A DNA stretch of 64,000 nucleotides, from IMG/VR virus record IMGVR_UViG_2757320830_000006. One strand, given 5' to 3'. This DNA comes from an uncultured virus (IMG/VR IMGVR_UViG_2757320830_000006) (taxonomy: Duplodnaviria > Heunggongvirae > Uroviricota > Caudoviricetes). The notes below the pieces were generated by a model. That model saw nothing but the letters and a program-made list of their open reading frames with translations. It was not told where the DNA came from and searched no databases. Shown here one piece after another: positions 39,434 to 50,026 of this stretch (its first letter is position 1; each line of letters starts with the position of its first letter). The position numbers and the translations under genes are program-made.

Positions 39434-39858
39434 ACGCGAAGGAATATTTACGGCAGTCCTACAGGCTTGACCAGAGAATCGCCTCCGACATTGAAGAAGC
39501 AAAGTATCTGCGCGAGATGGCGGGCAGTGTTTCATCTATTCGTTATGACCGTGAGCGTGTTCAGGGAACTCGCAATACGGATGCGCCATTCATGAAGTCA
39601 CTGGAAAAGCTGTGGGAGCTTGAGAATAAGATATCCAAGGAACTCGAAATGCTGTCTTCACTGAAGGAACAGATCCGTGATGTTATTGGAACTGTCGAGG
39701 ACATGGATGAGCGGATGGTTCTGAAGTACCGTTACATTCATAACATGACGTGGGAGCAGATAGGATGCGAGCTGAACGCTGACGCGAGGACAATCCGCAG
39801 ATGGCACGGCAACGCTCTGCAGCATGTGCGAGTGCCGGAAAATCCAATCATTATATGA
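39430..39858 (+). CDS. RinA/ArpU-like late transcription activator
   Basis: 'MNAKEYL...VLKYRYI...WEQI...H..AL'; last gene before the packaging module. Confidence 0.8.
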   Translation: MNAKEYLRQSYRLDQRIASDIEEAKYLREMAGSVSSIRYDRERVQGTRNTDAPFMKSLEKLWELENKISKELEMLSSLKEQIRDVIGTVEDMDERMVLKYRYIHNMTWEQIGCELNADARTIRRWHGNALQHVRVPENPIII

Positions 39859-39922
39859 AATGCGCCCGAAATGTCCTGCTTTGTCCTAACATGCCCACTC
39901 TGCATTTATGTTAGTATATAAT
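39858..39922 (+). promoter_or_regulatory. Putative late promoter with phased TG(T/C)CC repeats
   Basis: AATGTCC / TTTGTCC / CATGCCC about 10 bp apart, upstream of TATAAT (39917-39922). Confidence 0.5.
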
Positions 39923-40025
39923 CAGCGAAACAGAATAAAGAACAGCCGCATGGACGGCTGAACACAAGCCTTGCGAGCACCACGCCCGCAGGGCTTTTCT
40001 AATGCCCGAAGGGAGGCGGCAAGCT

Positions 40026-40397
40026 ATGCCAATGAAACCGAAGCGGCCCTGCCGCTATCCCGGATGCCCGAACCTCTGCGAGGACGGCGAACAGTACTGC
40101 CCGGAGCACAAGGCTCTGATGGAGAAGCACTACGAGACGTTCACGCGCGGCTACTCGACCGGCAAACGATACGGCAGGTCTTGGCAGCGCGTCCGCACGC
40201 GCTACGTCCACAAGCATCCGCTCTGCGAGATGTGCTTGAAGCAGGGACGCTACGTTGCGGTCGAGGAAGTCCACCACATCGTTCCCTTGTCGGAAGGCGG
40301 GACGAACGACGAGAGCAACCTCATGAGCCTCTGCAGGAGCTGCCATGAGAAGATCCACCGCGAGCGCGGAGACAGAGGCACACGACACGACCGGTAG
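40026..40397 (+). CDS. Terminase-associated HNH endonuclease
   Basis: 'PLCEMC', 'VHHIVPL..GG', 'NLMSLCRSCH'. Confidence 0.93.
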   Translation: MPMKPKRPCRYPGCPNLCEDGEQYCPEHKALMEKHYETFTRGYSTGKRYGRSWQRVRTRYVHKHPLCEMCLKQGRYVAVEEVHHIVPLSEGGTNDESNLMSLCRSCHEKIHRERGDRGTRHDR

Positions 40398-40478
40398 GGG
40401 CGGTCGGAATCTCTACGAGGCGGCCTCCCGGAAAACGGCGCGGGGTCTTCTGTGCGAAAAAAGCGAAATCAAACGGGT
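40391..40478. other. Candidate cos / packaging region
   Basis: GC-rich intergenic segment between HNH and terS, the usual cos position in HK97-like phages. Confidence 0.4.
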
Positions 40479-40534
40479 AATAACCCAGTCCTTATATCTA
40501 TTACGCGCGTGTGCGTATGAAAGGCGGTGACGAA

Positions 40535-41086
40535 ATGCCGACAAAATCGAATAACACAGGCGGTCGCGGCGGCAGACGTCCCGGCGCTGGCCGGAAGAAA
40601 ACCGCCGTCAAGGAGAAGTTTGAAGCCGGGAATCCGGGCGGCAGAAAGCTCGAAGTCCTGGACATTCCGGACACCGAGGGCGAGGACATGCCGGAACCGC
40701 ACGAGTTCCTATCGGCGCGTCAGCATGACGGCTCCACTCTGGAGGCCGCTGACATCTACCGCGAGACCTGGGAATGGCTCGACAAGCTCGGCGTCGCGAA
40801 AGCCGTATCGCCGCAGCTCTTGGAGCGCTATGCGATGTGTTCGGCGCGATGGATTCAGTGCGAGGAAATGACGACCAGGCTCGGCTACCTCAGCAAGCAT
40901 CCGACGACCGGCAAGCCGATCCCGTCGCCGTTCATCAATATCGGAATCAACTACATGAATCAGGCGAACCGCCTGTGGGACGAGATCTTCCAGATCGTAA
41001 AGGAGAACTGCTCCGCCGAGTACGGTGGCGCGAATCCGCAGGACGACGTGATGGAACGCCTTCTCCGCGCCAGAAAGGGAATGTAA
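40535..41086 (+). CDS. Terminase small subunit (P27 family)
   Basis: 'RGGRRPGAGRKK', 'GNPG', 'KHPTTG..I.SPF'. Confidence 0.88.
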   Translation: MPTKSNNTGGRGGRRPGAGRKKTAVKEKFEAGNPGGRKLEVLDIPDTEGEDMPEPHEFLSARQHDGSTLEAADIYRETWEWLDKLGVAKAVSPQLLERYAMCSARWIQCEEMTTRLGYLSKHPTTGKPIPSPFINIGINYMNQANRLWDEIFQIVKENCSAEYGGANPQDDVMERLLRARKGM

Positions 41087-42346
41087 ATGAACACACAAAG
41101 ACTTGAACAGGTGCCGATCGACAAGCTGGTGCCCTACGCCCGGAACGCCCGGACGCATTCAAAAGAACAGATCGCGCAGCTCCGCTCCTCCCTCCGGGAG
41201 TTCGGATTCGTATCGCCCGCGGTTATCGATCAGGATTACAACATCCTCGTCGGCCACGGCAGGATTCAGGCTGCCCGTGAGGAAGGATACAAGACCGTCC
41301 CGTGCGTCTTCGCCGAAGATCTGACCGACACGCAGAAACGCGCCTACATTCTCGCGGACAACCAACTCGCACTCAACGCCGGATGGGATGAGGAGATGCT
41401 GTCTGTCGAACTGGCCGATCTGCAGGAGAACGCCTTTGACCTCTCCCTGCTCGGCTTTGACGACAAGGAGCTGGAGAAGCTGCTGAACGGAGAATCCGAC
41501 AAAGACATCGAGGATGACGACTTCGACCTGTCCGCGGCACTCGAGAAAGCATCCTTCGTGGAGCGCGGCGACATCTGGACAGTCGGACGGCACAAGCTTA
41601 TGTGCGGCGACGCCACCAGCGTCGAAGATGTAGATGCACTCATGGACGGCAAGCGCGCGAACCTCGTGCTGACGGACCCGCCCTACGGCGTCTCCTTCAA
41701 GGCCTCCGATGGCCTGACGATCCAGAACGACAGCCTCAAGGGCGAGGAATTCTACAACTTCCTGCTCTCCGCATTCAAGAACATGGCGGACCATCTGGAG
41801 AAAGGCGGAGCGGCCTACTGCTTCCATGCCGACACCGAGGGCCTGACCTTCCGGCGGGCATTCGTCGATGCGGGATTCCATCTCGCGGGCGTGTGCATCT
41901 GGGTGAAGAACTCCCTCGTGCTCGGACGTTCCGACTACCAGTGGCAGCATGAGCCCGTGCTCTACGGATTCCTCCAGAACGGCAAGCATCCATGGTACGC
42001 AGGACGCGCAGAAACCACCATATGGAACTTCGACAAGCCGAAGCGCAACAAGGATCATCCGACCAGCAAGCCGCTTGACCTGCTCGGCTATCCGATCCAG
42101 AACTCCACGCAGGAGAACGCCGTCGTCCTCGATACGTTCGGCGGCTCCGGCTCCACGCTCATGGCCTGCGAGCAGCTCAACCGCACCTGCATGATGATGG
42201 AGCTCGATCCGAAATACGCCTCCGTCATCCTCCGCCGCTATGTGGAGGACACCGGCGATTCCGAAAATGTGTATGTCATCCGGGACGGCAAGAAGCTCAT
42301 GTACTCCGACCTCGTTAAAGAAGTCGAGCTGCCGGACGGCGAGTGA
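41087..42346 (+). CDS. ParB-N + N6/N4 DNA methyltransferase
   Basis: 'LVPYARNARTH', 'VGHGR', 'TDPPY', 'HPTSKP', 'DTFGGSGST'. Confidence 0.93.
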   Translation: MNTQRLEQVPIDKLVPYARNARTHSKEQIAQLRSSLREFGFVSPAVIDQDYNILVGHGRIQAAREEGYKTVPCVFAEDLTDTQKRAYILADNQLALNAGWDEEMLSVELADLQENAFDLSLLGFDDKELEKLLNGESDKDIEDDDFDLSAALEKASFVERGDIWTVGRHKLMCGDATSVEDVDALMDGKRANLVLTDPPYGVSFKASDGLTIQNDSLKGEEFYNFLLSAFKNMADHLEKGGAAYCFHADTEGLTFRRAFVDAGFHLAGVCIWVKNSLVLGRSDYQWQHEPVLYGFLQNGKHPWYAGRAETTIWNFDKPKRNKDHPTSKPLDLLGYPIQNSTQENAVVLDTFGGSGSTLMACEQLNRTCMMMELDPKYASVILRRYVEDTGDSENVYVIRDGKKLMYSDLVKEVELPDGE

Positions 42347-42509
42347 TTCCTTTGTGTACTAAGCACAGTTTCAGGGTCGGATAATCGGCTTATTTTCTAC
42401 CGGAGAAGTATCGCGGATTCGCTTGCTATTACAGGCCTTCAGAGTGATGTATAGACATGCCGAAAGGCACATGGCCTTCGGACAGACGCATACCAAGGAG
42501 GTTAACACA

Positions 42510-43253
42510 ATGCGAATCAACTACAACGTAACCGGAGCACAGAGAAAAGAACTGGTCAAGATCATCTCCGACACCACCGGAGCCAGGGCAGAATACAAAT
42601 TCATGCCGACCTGCAACTACGAGATCGGCTTCTTCACCGTCACCAAGGACGGCGCGCTCGAGTTCGACGACATGGCGGACAGCGAGGAGGTCGAGAAGGT
42701 TCTCGAAGCCATCGCAGCCGCAGGATTCGAGCCCGAGCCGCAGGAACCCACGGAACCGGAAGCCGCAGCCGAGTCGGAGGAAGACGCCGAGGAAGCGCCG
42801 GAAACCGAGGAGATGGGCCTGACAGTTGAGCTTCCGCTCGACAAGGTCGCGGTCGGAACGCTGACCAACATCCTCGAAGCCAAGGGAACGCTCATCAAGA
42901 AGGCGCTCGGCATCGACGACCTGCGGTTCGAGACCAGAGACGACAAGATCTCCTTCCCCTGGTTCCCGGAACTGCCCACACCGGAGGAAACCAGAGCCTA
43001 CACGATGTTCATCGCCCAGCTCTGCAAGCTCTCCAAGGATCTGAAAAGAGCAAGCTCAACCGAGACACCGGTCACCAACGAGAAGTACGCATTCCGCTGC
43101 TTCCTTCTGAGACTGGGATTCATCGGCGCGGATTACAAGCAGGAACGCAAAATCCTGCTCCGGAATCTTGAAGGCAACTCAAGCTGGAAGAACGGCACTC
43201 CCAAGAAGGAAGCCACCGAAGAAGCTGCAGATACCGAGGAGGTGCAGGCATGA
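42510..43253 (+). CDS. Phage accessory ('virulence-related') protein
   Basis: 'NEKYAFRCFLLRLGFIG..YK..RKILL.NL.G'. Confidence 0.8.
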   Translation: MRINYNVTGAQRKELVKIISDTTGARAEYKFMPTCNYEIGFFTVTKDGALEFDDMADSEEVEKVLEAIAAAGFEPEPQEPTEPEAAAESEEDAEEAPETEEMGLTVELPLDKVAVGTLTNILEAKGTLIKKALGIDDLRFETRDDKISFPWFPELPTPEETRAYTMFIAQLCKLSKDLKRASSTETPVTNEKYAFRCFLLRLGFIGADYKQERKILLRNLEGNSSWKNGTPKKEATEEAADTEEVQA

Positions 43254-43474
43254 GGATAATCAGACCAGAACAGCTTGAACAGCTGAAGAAAGCCTACCCG
43301 AACGGCACGCGCGTGGAGCTGATCAAGATGGACGACGTGCAGGCACCACCTGCCGGAACCCGCGGCACGGTTTACGGCGTCGATGATACCGGAAGCCTGC
43401 TGGTCCACTGGGACAACGGCGGCGGGCTCAACGTGATCTACGGCGAAGACATCGTGCGGAAGGTGGTGGACTGA
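43250..43474 (+). CDS. DUF4314 family protein
   Basis: 'YP.GTRVELIKMDD...GTRGTV..VDD.G...V.WDNG'. Confidence 0.88.
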   Translation: MRIIRPEQLEQLKKAYPNGTRVELIKMDDVQAPPAGTRGTVYGVDDTGSLLVHWDNGGGLNVIYGEDIVRKVVD

Positions 43475-43475
43475 C

Positions 43476-43661
43476 ATGGACGAGAAAGTCAAAGAGCAGA
43501 TCCTCGTGATCCGCGACACCGGGCTGGCGAACATGTTCGACCTACCCTACGTGCAGCGCCTCGCCTTCGACCGGAACTACTACGAGCTGGTGATATTCAT
43601 CGAGGAGCACAAGAAGGAATACGTGCATTTCATCATGACCGGCGAAACGCAGGAATCCTGA
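43476..43661 (+). CDS. DUF5049 family protein
   Basis: 'QIL.IRDTGL.NMFD...VQ'. Confidence 0.85.
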   Translation: MDEKVKEQILVIRDTGLANMFDLPYVQRLAFDRNYYELVIFIEEHKKEYVHFIMTGETQES

Positions 43662-43793
43662 TTTTCAGACACAGAAAGTTATCAATTAATCTGGCCGAAT
43701 TGACTTGCTATATACCCTCGAAAGAGTGATGTATATACATGCCGAAAGACACAGAAAGCCAAGCAAACAAGCGAAAATTGGGAGGAACACACA

Positions 43794-44261
43794 ATGGAAA
43801 AGAACACATACTTTGAAGCAATGAGAGACACGGCGATCGCCTACAACGAGGCGCAGGCCATCCGCGAAAAGGAACGCGACGCCATGATCGCCGCGGACAA
43901 CTGGGACGGCGTAAAAGCCTTCGACAAGCGCGAAAAGGAGGAATTCCCGTCCCCCTTCACCGCCGGTCAGAACAAGGCGCTGGTCCTTTACGACCGGAGC
44001 CTTAGGAACGGCGCGGATGCCTTCGAGGTCGACGATCTGCCTTGGGACCACGAGATGGCCGACTTCGTTGACACTCTCCGCAAGGCAGGCATCACCGCGA
44101 TTGTGGTGACTGACCAGAGCACCGGCCTGATGGACGGCATCTACGAACTGACGGCGCTCGGCTACCAGATGCGCGGGCTCAAGACCGTCACCAGAGCCGA
44201 CGACCACCGCTTCGGCAGCAAGGAGCCAGAACGCAAGAACGGCATTGAATTCCAGCTGTAA
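43794..44261 (+). CDS. Phage accessory hypothetical protein
   Basis: GGAGG RBS, own upstream motif; 'LRKAGI...VTDQSTGLM'. Confidence 0.75.
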   Translation: MEKNTYFEAMRDTAIAYNEAQAIREKERDAMIAADNWDGVKAFDKREKEEFPSPFTAGQNKALVLYDRSLRNGADAFEVDDLPWDHEMADFVDTLRKAGITAIVVTDQSTGLMDGIYELTALGYQMRGLKTVTRADDHRFGSKEPERKNGIEFQL

Positions 44262-44398
44262 ACCACACAATTTTCCCCGCGGAAATTGCCCTGAAGATTG
44301 TCACATATATTCTCCGGAAACGACTTGCTATTACAGGCGTCCGGAGTGATATATGTACACACCGAAAGAGAAAAGCACAGCAAACGGAGGGTACGACT

Positions 44399-44626
44399 AT
44401 GTGGGACGAAGGAACACTTCTGATCGACGGAACAAACGTGAAATACTGGGTGAAGCACTACGCGGAGCCTTCCGAGGAATACGGGATCGACGGAGGCCGC
44501 ATCTCGAAGATGGAGCTCCGGGTCGGCGGCAGAACCACCCTGAACTACGACCGCGGCTGGGACATCGAACCCGAGGACGAGGCAAGCCAGCTTGCCTGCA
44601 CGGTACTCATGAAGCAGTACAACTAA
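44399..44626 (+). CDS. Phage accessory hypothetical protein
   Basis: 'YGIDGGRISK', 'YDRGWDIEP'; GGAGG RBS. Confidence 0.8.
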   Translation: MWDEGTLLIDGTNVKYWVKHYAEPSEEYGIDGGRISKMELRVGGRTTLNYDRGWDIEPEDEASQLACTVLMKQYN

Positions 44627-44742
44627 GCATTAACCTGAATTTGAATATTCCGAAAGCAGAGCCGTTCAAGGCTCCTGCTCTCGTACTGATAGAAGCCGCA
44701 GCGATGCGGTTATTTTTATGCCATGAAGGGAGTGATTTTCCA

Positions 44743-46350
44743 TTGGCAGTACGGAAACTGAAGAAATACAAGGTCACACGGTTCATGGAGAAGACCTCCC
44801 ACTACGACGAGAACCTCGCCGACTACGCCTGCCTGTTCATCGAGCAGCTCTGCCATACCAAAGGCACCTGGGCCGGAAAGCCCTTCGAGCTCATCGACTG
44901 GCAGGAGCAGATCGTCCGCGACCTGTTCGGCGTGATCAAGGAGAACGGCTACCGGCAGTTCAACACCGCCTACGTGGAGATACCCAAGAAGCAAGGTAAA
45001 TCGGAGCTTGCCGCGGCGATCGCGCTGCTCCTGACCTGCGGGGACAATGAAGAGCGCGCCGAGGTGTATGGCTGCGCCGCCGACCGGAACCAGGCCAAGA
45101 TCGTGTTCGACGTCGCGGTCGACATGGTCCGCTTCTGCCCCGCTCTTTCAAAGCGCGTGAAGATCCTCGAATCGCAGAAGCGGCTCGAATACCTGCCGAC
45201 GCACAGCTTCTACCAGGTGCTGTCCGCGGATGTCGCGAACAAGCACGGGTTCAACACGCACGGCGTCATCTTCGACGAGCTTCACACGCAGCCGAACCGC
45301 AAGCTCTTCGACGTCATGACCAAAGGATCCGGCGACGCGAGGATGCAGCCCTTGTTCTTCCTCATCACCACCGCCGGGAACGACACGCACTCCATCTGCT
45401 ACGAGCAGCATGAGAAGGCACTCGACATCATGAACGGCAGGAAGCACGATCCGACCTTCTACCCGGTCATCTTCGGAGCGGACGAGTCCGAGGACTGGAC
45501 GGACCCGAAGGTCTGGAAGAAAGCGAACCCGAGCCTCGGCATCACGGTCGGCATCGACAAGGTCAAGGCGGCCTGCGAGAGCGCGAAGCAAAACCCCGGC
45601 GAGGAGAACGCCTTCCGGCAGCTCCGCCTCAACCAGTGGGTGAAGCAGTCCGTCCGCTGGATGCCGATGGACAAATGGGACGCCTGCGACTTCCCGGTGA
45701 ACGAGGACGACCTTGAGGGCCGCGTCTGCTACGGAGGGCTCGACCTTTCCAGCACGACCGACATCACCGCCTTCGTCCTCGTGTTCCCTCCGCAGGACGA
45801 TGACGACAGGTATGCGATCCTCCCGTACTTCTGGGTTCCCGAGGACACGCTCGACCTCCGGGTCCGCCGCGACCACGTCCCCTACGACCTCTGGGAGAAA
45901 CAGGGCGTCATCCAGACCACGGAGGGAAACGTCATCCACTACGGCTATATCGAGAAGTTCATCGAACGCCTCGGCGAGCGGTTCAACATCCGCGAGATCG
46001 CCTTCGACCGATGGGGAGCCGTCCAGATGGTGCAGAACCTCGAAGGCATGGGCTTCACCGTCGTCCCGTTCGGACAGGGCTTCAAGGACATGAGCCCGCC
46101 CACCAAGGAGCTCATGAAGCTCGTCCTTGAGAAGCGCATCGCGCACGGCGGGCATCCGGTCCTCCGCTGGATGATGGACAACATCTACATCCGCACCGAC
46201 CCCGCCGGGAACATCAAGGCCGACAAGGAGAAATCCACGGAGAAGATCGACGGCGCGATCGCCACCATCATGGCCCTCGACCGCGCGATCCGCATGGGTA
46301 ACGACAATGCCGAGTCCGTCTATGACAGCCGCGGCATTCTTTTTATCTGA
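44743..46350 (+). CDS. Terminase large subunit
   Basis: Walker A 'PKKQGKSE', 'IFDELH', 'GGLDLS', 'KIDG'; TTG start at 44743. Confidence 0.95.
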   Translation: MAVRKLKKYKVTRFMEKTSHYDENLADYACLFIEQLCHTKGTWAGKPFELIDWQEQIVRDLFGVIKENGYRQFNTAYVEIPKKQGKSELAAAIALLLTCGDNEERAEVYGCAADRNQAKIVFDVAVDMVRFCPALSKRVKILESQKRLEYLPTHSFYQVLSADVANKHGFNTHGVIFDELHTQPNRKLFDVMTKGSGDARMQPLFFLITTAGNDTHSICYEQHEKALDIMNGRKHDPTFYPVIFGADESEDWTDPKVWKKANPSLGITVGIDKVKAACESAKQNPGEENAFRQLRLNQWVKQSVRWMPMDKWDACDFPVNEDDLEGRVCYGGLDLSSTTDITAFVLVFPPQDDDDRYAILPYFWVPEDTLDLRVRRDHVPYDLWEKQGVIQTTEGNVIHYGYIEKFIERLGERFNIREIAFDRWGAVQMVQNLEGMGFTVVPFGQGFKDMSPPTKELMKLVLEKRIAHGGHPVLRWMMDNIYIRTDPAGNIKADKEKSTEKIDGAIATIMALDRAIRMGNDNAESVYDSRGILFI

Positions 46351-46370
46351 AACACACGGAGGACAAGCCT

Positions 46371-47711
46371 ATGAGCATATTCAAGGGAATATTCAAAAGC
46401 CGCGACAAGCCAAAGGACTCCACCGCCGGAAGCAGCTACCGCTTCTTCTTCGGAGGCACCACCTCCGGCAAGACGGTGACGGAACGCTCCGCCATGCAGA
46501 TGACAGCGGTCTACTCCTGCGTCCGGATCCTGTCCGAGGCGATCGCGGGACTCCCGCTGCACCTGTACCGCTACACGGAAAACGGCAGCAAGGAGAAAGC
46601 CATCGACCACCCGCTCTACGAGCTTTTGCATGACGAGCCGAACCCCGAGATGACGAGCTTCGTCTTGCGGGAAACGCTCATGACGCACCTGCTCCTGTGG
46701 GGCAATGCCTACGCGCAGATCATCCGAAACGGCAAGGGCGAGGTCGTCGCGCTCTACCCGCTCATGCCAAACCGCATGACCGTCGACCGGGACGAGAACG
46801 GGCACCTCTACTACGAATACCAGACCTCGCAGGACGAGGCTCACACGATGAACGGGAGCCTCGTCAGGCTCTCACCTTACGACGTGCTCCACATCCCCGG
46901 TCTCGGCTTCGACGGGCTCGTCGGCTACTCGCCCATCGCGATGGCCAAAAACTCGATCGGCATGTCGATTGCCTGCGAGGAGTACGGCGCGAAGTTCTTC
47001 GCAAACGGCGCGACGCCCGGCGGAATCCTCGAACACCCCGGCGTGGTGAAGGACCCGGAAAGGGTCCGGGAAAGCTGGAACACGGCCTTCGGCGGCTCCG
47101 CCAACTCCAACAAAGTGGCGGTCCTCGAGGAAGGCATGAAATACACACCGATCAGCATCAGCCCGGAGCAGGCACAGTTCCTCGAGACACGGAAATTCCA
47201 GATCGACGAGATCGCGAGGATCTTCCGCATCCCGCCCCACATGATCGGCGACCTTGAGAAAAGCTCGTTCAGCAACATCGAGCAGCAGTCCCTGGAATTC
47301 GTGAAATACACGCTCGACCCGTGGGTCTCCCGCTGGGAGCAGTCCATGCGTAGAGCGCTCCTCCGCCCCGAGGAGAAGAAGGAATACTTCTTCAAATTCA
47401 ACGTGGACGGGCTTCTCAGAGGCGACTACCAGAGCCGCATGAACGGATACGCGACTGCACGCCAGAACGGATGGATGTCTGCGAACGACATCCGCGAGCT
47501 CGAAAACCTCGACCGCATCCCCGCCGAGGAAGGCGGGGACCTGTACCTCATCAACGGCAACATGACCAAGCTCGAGGACGCCGGGATCTTCGCCGCCACG
47601 GCACCGCAGGAAACTGAGGAACCCGACAGAACACAGGAAGAACAGACAGAAGAACCACAGGAACAATCGGAGTCCGATAACCGGCTCCGGGGAAGGAGGA
47701 AAACCCTATGA
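46371..47711 (+). CDS. HK97-family portal protein
   Basis: 'AVYSCVRILSE', 'LLWGNAY', 'IARIFRIPP'. Confidence 0.96.
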   Translation: MSIFKGIFKSRDKPKDSTAGSSYRFFFGGTTSGKTVTERSAMQMTAVYSCVRILSEAIAGLPLHLYRYTENGSKEKAIDHPLYELLHDEPNPEMTSFVLRETLMTHLLLWGNAYAQIIRNGKGEVVALYPLMPNRMTVDRDENGHLYYEYQTSQDEAHTMNGSLVRLSPYDVLHIPGLGFDGLVGYSPIAMAKNSIGMSIACEEYGAKFFANGATPGGILEHPGVVKDPERVRESWNTAFGGSANSNKVAVLEEGMKYTPISISPEQAQFLETRKFQIDEIARIFRIPPHMIGDLEKSSFSNIEQQSLEFVKYTLDPWVSRWEQSMRRALLRPEEKKEYFFKFNVDGLLRGDYQSRMNGYATARQNGWMSANDIRELENLDRIPAEEGGDLYLINGNMTKLEDAGIFAATAPQETEEPDRTQEEQTEEPQEQSESDNRLRGRRKTL

Positions 47712-48442
47712 CAAGAAAATTCTGGCGATGGGCGCGAAACGAGACCCCGGACGGCTTCGGATCCGACCGCACGCTCTACCTCGAAGGGGAGATCTCCGAT
47801 GAGACCTGGTACGGCGACGAGATCACCCCACGGGCCTTCAAGGACGAGCTCAACTCCGGCAAGGGCGACATCACCCTCTGGATCAACTCGCCCGGCGGGG
47901 ACGTCTTCGCAGCCGCGCAGATCTACAACATGCTCATGGACTACCCGTACGACGTGACCGTCAAGATCGACGCGCTCGCGGCATCCGCGGCATCCGTCAT
48001 CGCGATGGCCGGTACAAGGGTCTGCATGAGCCCCGTCGCGATGCTCATGGTGCACAACCCCGCGACCATCGCGATCGGCGACAGCGAGGAGATGCAGAAA
48101 GCCATCGACATGCTTTCCGAGGTCAAGGAAAGCATCATGAACGCCTACGAGCTCAAGTCCGGGCTGTCCCGGAACAAGATCTCGAAGCTCATGGACGCCG
48201 AGACCTGGATGAACGCCAGGGAAGCGAAGAAGCTCGGATTCGCGGACGAGATCCTCTTCTCGGACGGCACCGAGCCAGCCGAGGAGGACGGCACGGAGAT
48301 CGAGATGCTCTTCTCACGGAAGGCCGTCACCGACTCGCTTCTCTCCAGGCTCATCCCGAAACGCGCACCCGCGCAGAAAGATACGAAACCGGCCGTCAAG
48401 GCCGCCGACCTCAGGAAGCGCCTGTCGCTTCTCAGCCACTGA
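47708..48442 (+). CDS. Prohead protease, ClpP-like
   Basis: 'INSPGGDV', 'AASAASVIAMAG'. Confidence 0.94.
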   Translation: MTRKFWRWARNETPDGFGSDRTLYLEGEISDETWYGDEITPRAFKDELNSGKGDITLWINSPGGDVFAAAQIYNMLMDYPYDVTVKIDALAASAASVIAMAGTRVCMSPVAMLMVHNPATIAIGDSEEMQKAIDMLSEVKESIMNAYELKSGLSRNKISKLMDAETWMNAREAKKLGFADEILFSDGTEPAEEDGTEIEMLFSRKAVTDSLLSRLIPKRAPAQKDTKPAVKAADLRKRLSLLSH

Positions 48443-48463
48443 AACGAAATGGAGGAATCCGAA

Positions 48464-49669
48464 ATGACCAAGATCATGGACCTTATGGAAAAAAGAGCCA
48501 AGGCGTGGGACGCCGCGAAGAACTTCCTCGACACCCACTCCACGGGCGGCGGCAACGTGTCCGCGGAGGACGCCGCCACCTATGACAGGATGGAGAAGGA
48601 GGTCACCGACCTCACGCACGACATCGAGCGCCTGCAGCGTCAGGAGCAGATCGACAAGATGCTCTCCCAGCCGACCTCTGCGCCGCTTACCGGGAAACCG
48701 GGCGCAAAGGCCGAGCCGGACGACAAGCCGGGCATCGCGTCCAAGGCGTACAAGACCGCGTTCTGGGACAGCATCCGCAAGCGCAACTGGTACGACGTCA
48801 AGAACGTCCTCGAGGCCGGGACCGACGCGAACGGCGGCTACCTCGTCCCGGACGAGTACGAGAGGCAGCTCGTGCAGGCGCTGACCGACGAGAACTTCTT
48901 CCGCTCCCTCGCCCACGTCATCCAGACCGACAGCGGGACGCACACCATCCCGATCGTCGCATCCCACGGGACGGCAAGCTGGATGGAGGAGAACGGCCTG
49001 TACCCGGAATCCGACGAGACCTTCGACCAGATCACGCTCTCCGCGTACAAGCTCGGCACCGCCATCAAGGTTTCCGAGGAGCTGATGAACGACTCCGTCT
49101 TCGACCTAGAGAGCTACATCTCCACCGAGTTCGCACGGCGCATCGGTGCCGCCGAGGAGGAGGCGTTCCTCGTCGGCGACGGCCAGAAGAAGCCTGAGGG
49201 CGTCTTCACCAAGGTCAAGGCGACCGATGGCGCGACCACGGAGATCGCGAACACGAACCTCACCTTCGACCAGATCATGGACGTGTTCCACTCCCTGAGA
49301 AGCGTGTACCGCAACCGCGCGGTCTGGATCCTGAACGACTCAACCGTCAAGGCGCTGCGCAAGATCAAGGACGGCAACGGGAACTACATCTGGCAGCCGA
49401 GCGTGGTCGCAGGCCAGCCGGACACCATCCTCAACCGCCCGTACAGGACGAGCATCTACGCGCCGGAACTGGCGGCCGGGAACGTGCCGATCCTGTTCGG
49501 CGACTTCTCCTACTACTGGATCGCCGACCGCCAGGGACGCTCCTTCAAGCGCCTGTCCGAACTGTACGCGGCGAACGGGCAGATCGGCTTCCTCGCCTCC
49601 GAAAGGGTCGACGGCAAGCTCATCCTGCCTGAGGCCGTGCGCGGCCTTTCCGTCAAGGCATCCGCCTGA
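48464..49669 (+). CDS. HK97-family major capsid protein
   Basis: 'GGYLVPDE', 'FGDFSYY', 'ERVDGKL'. Confidence 0.96.
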   Translation: MTKIMDLMEKRAKAWDAAKNFLDTHSTGGGNVSAEDAATYDRMEKEVTDLTHDIERLQRQEQIDKMLSQPTSAPLTGKPGAKAEPDDKPGIASKAYKTAFWDSIRKRNWYDVKNVLEAGTDANGGYLVPDEYERQLVQALTDENFFRSLAHVIQTDSGTHTIPIVASHGTASWMEENGLYPESDETFDQITLSAYKLGTAIKVSEELMNDSVFDLESYISTEFARRIGAAEEEAFLVGDGQKKPEGVFTKVKATDGATTEIANTNLTFDQIMDVFHSLRSVYRNRAVWILNDSTVKALRKIKDGNGNYIWQPSVVAGQPDTILNRPYRTSIYAPELAAGNVPILFGDFSYYWIADRQGRSFKRLSELYAANGQIGFLASERVDGKLILPEAVRGLSVKASA

Positions 49670-49738
49670 TCCGCGCATTGAACACACGGGCATCCCCGGT
49701 TCTCCCGGAGGTGCCCTTCCCCTTTATGGAGGTGCCTT

Positions 49739-50026
49739 ATGGAAGTGACGCTTGACGAAGCGAAAACCTATCTCAGGGTCAGTTCCTCCGACGAGGACGA
49801 GCTGATCAAGAGCCTCATCACGACCGCGACGGAGATGGTGCAGGACATCGCCCGTTTCTCCGACGAGGAACGGGAGGCGAGCGAGGAAAGGATCCTCATC
49901 CGCATGCGCATCGCCATCCTCTACACCGTGGCGTACCTCTACGAGCACCGGGAGGAGGCGGACCACAACCAGCTGAACCTCACGCTCCGCGCGCTGCTCT
50001 TCGGCGTCAGGAAGGAGGGCTTCTGA
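49739..50026 (+). CDS. Head-tail connector (gp6-like)
   Basis: 'TLDEAKTYLRV', 'YLYEHRE'. Confidence 0.92.
   Translation: MEVTLDEAKTYLRVSSSDEDELIKSLITTATEMVQDIARFSDEEREASEERILIRMRIAILYTVAYLYEHREEADHNQLNLTLRALLFGVRKEGF

Noticed and set aside
44353..44742. 130-aa N-terminal extension of terL
   Set aside because: Overlaps a real small gene (44399-44626); an RBS and TTG at 44743 give a normal-sized terminase
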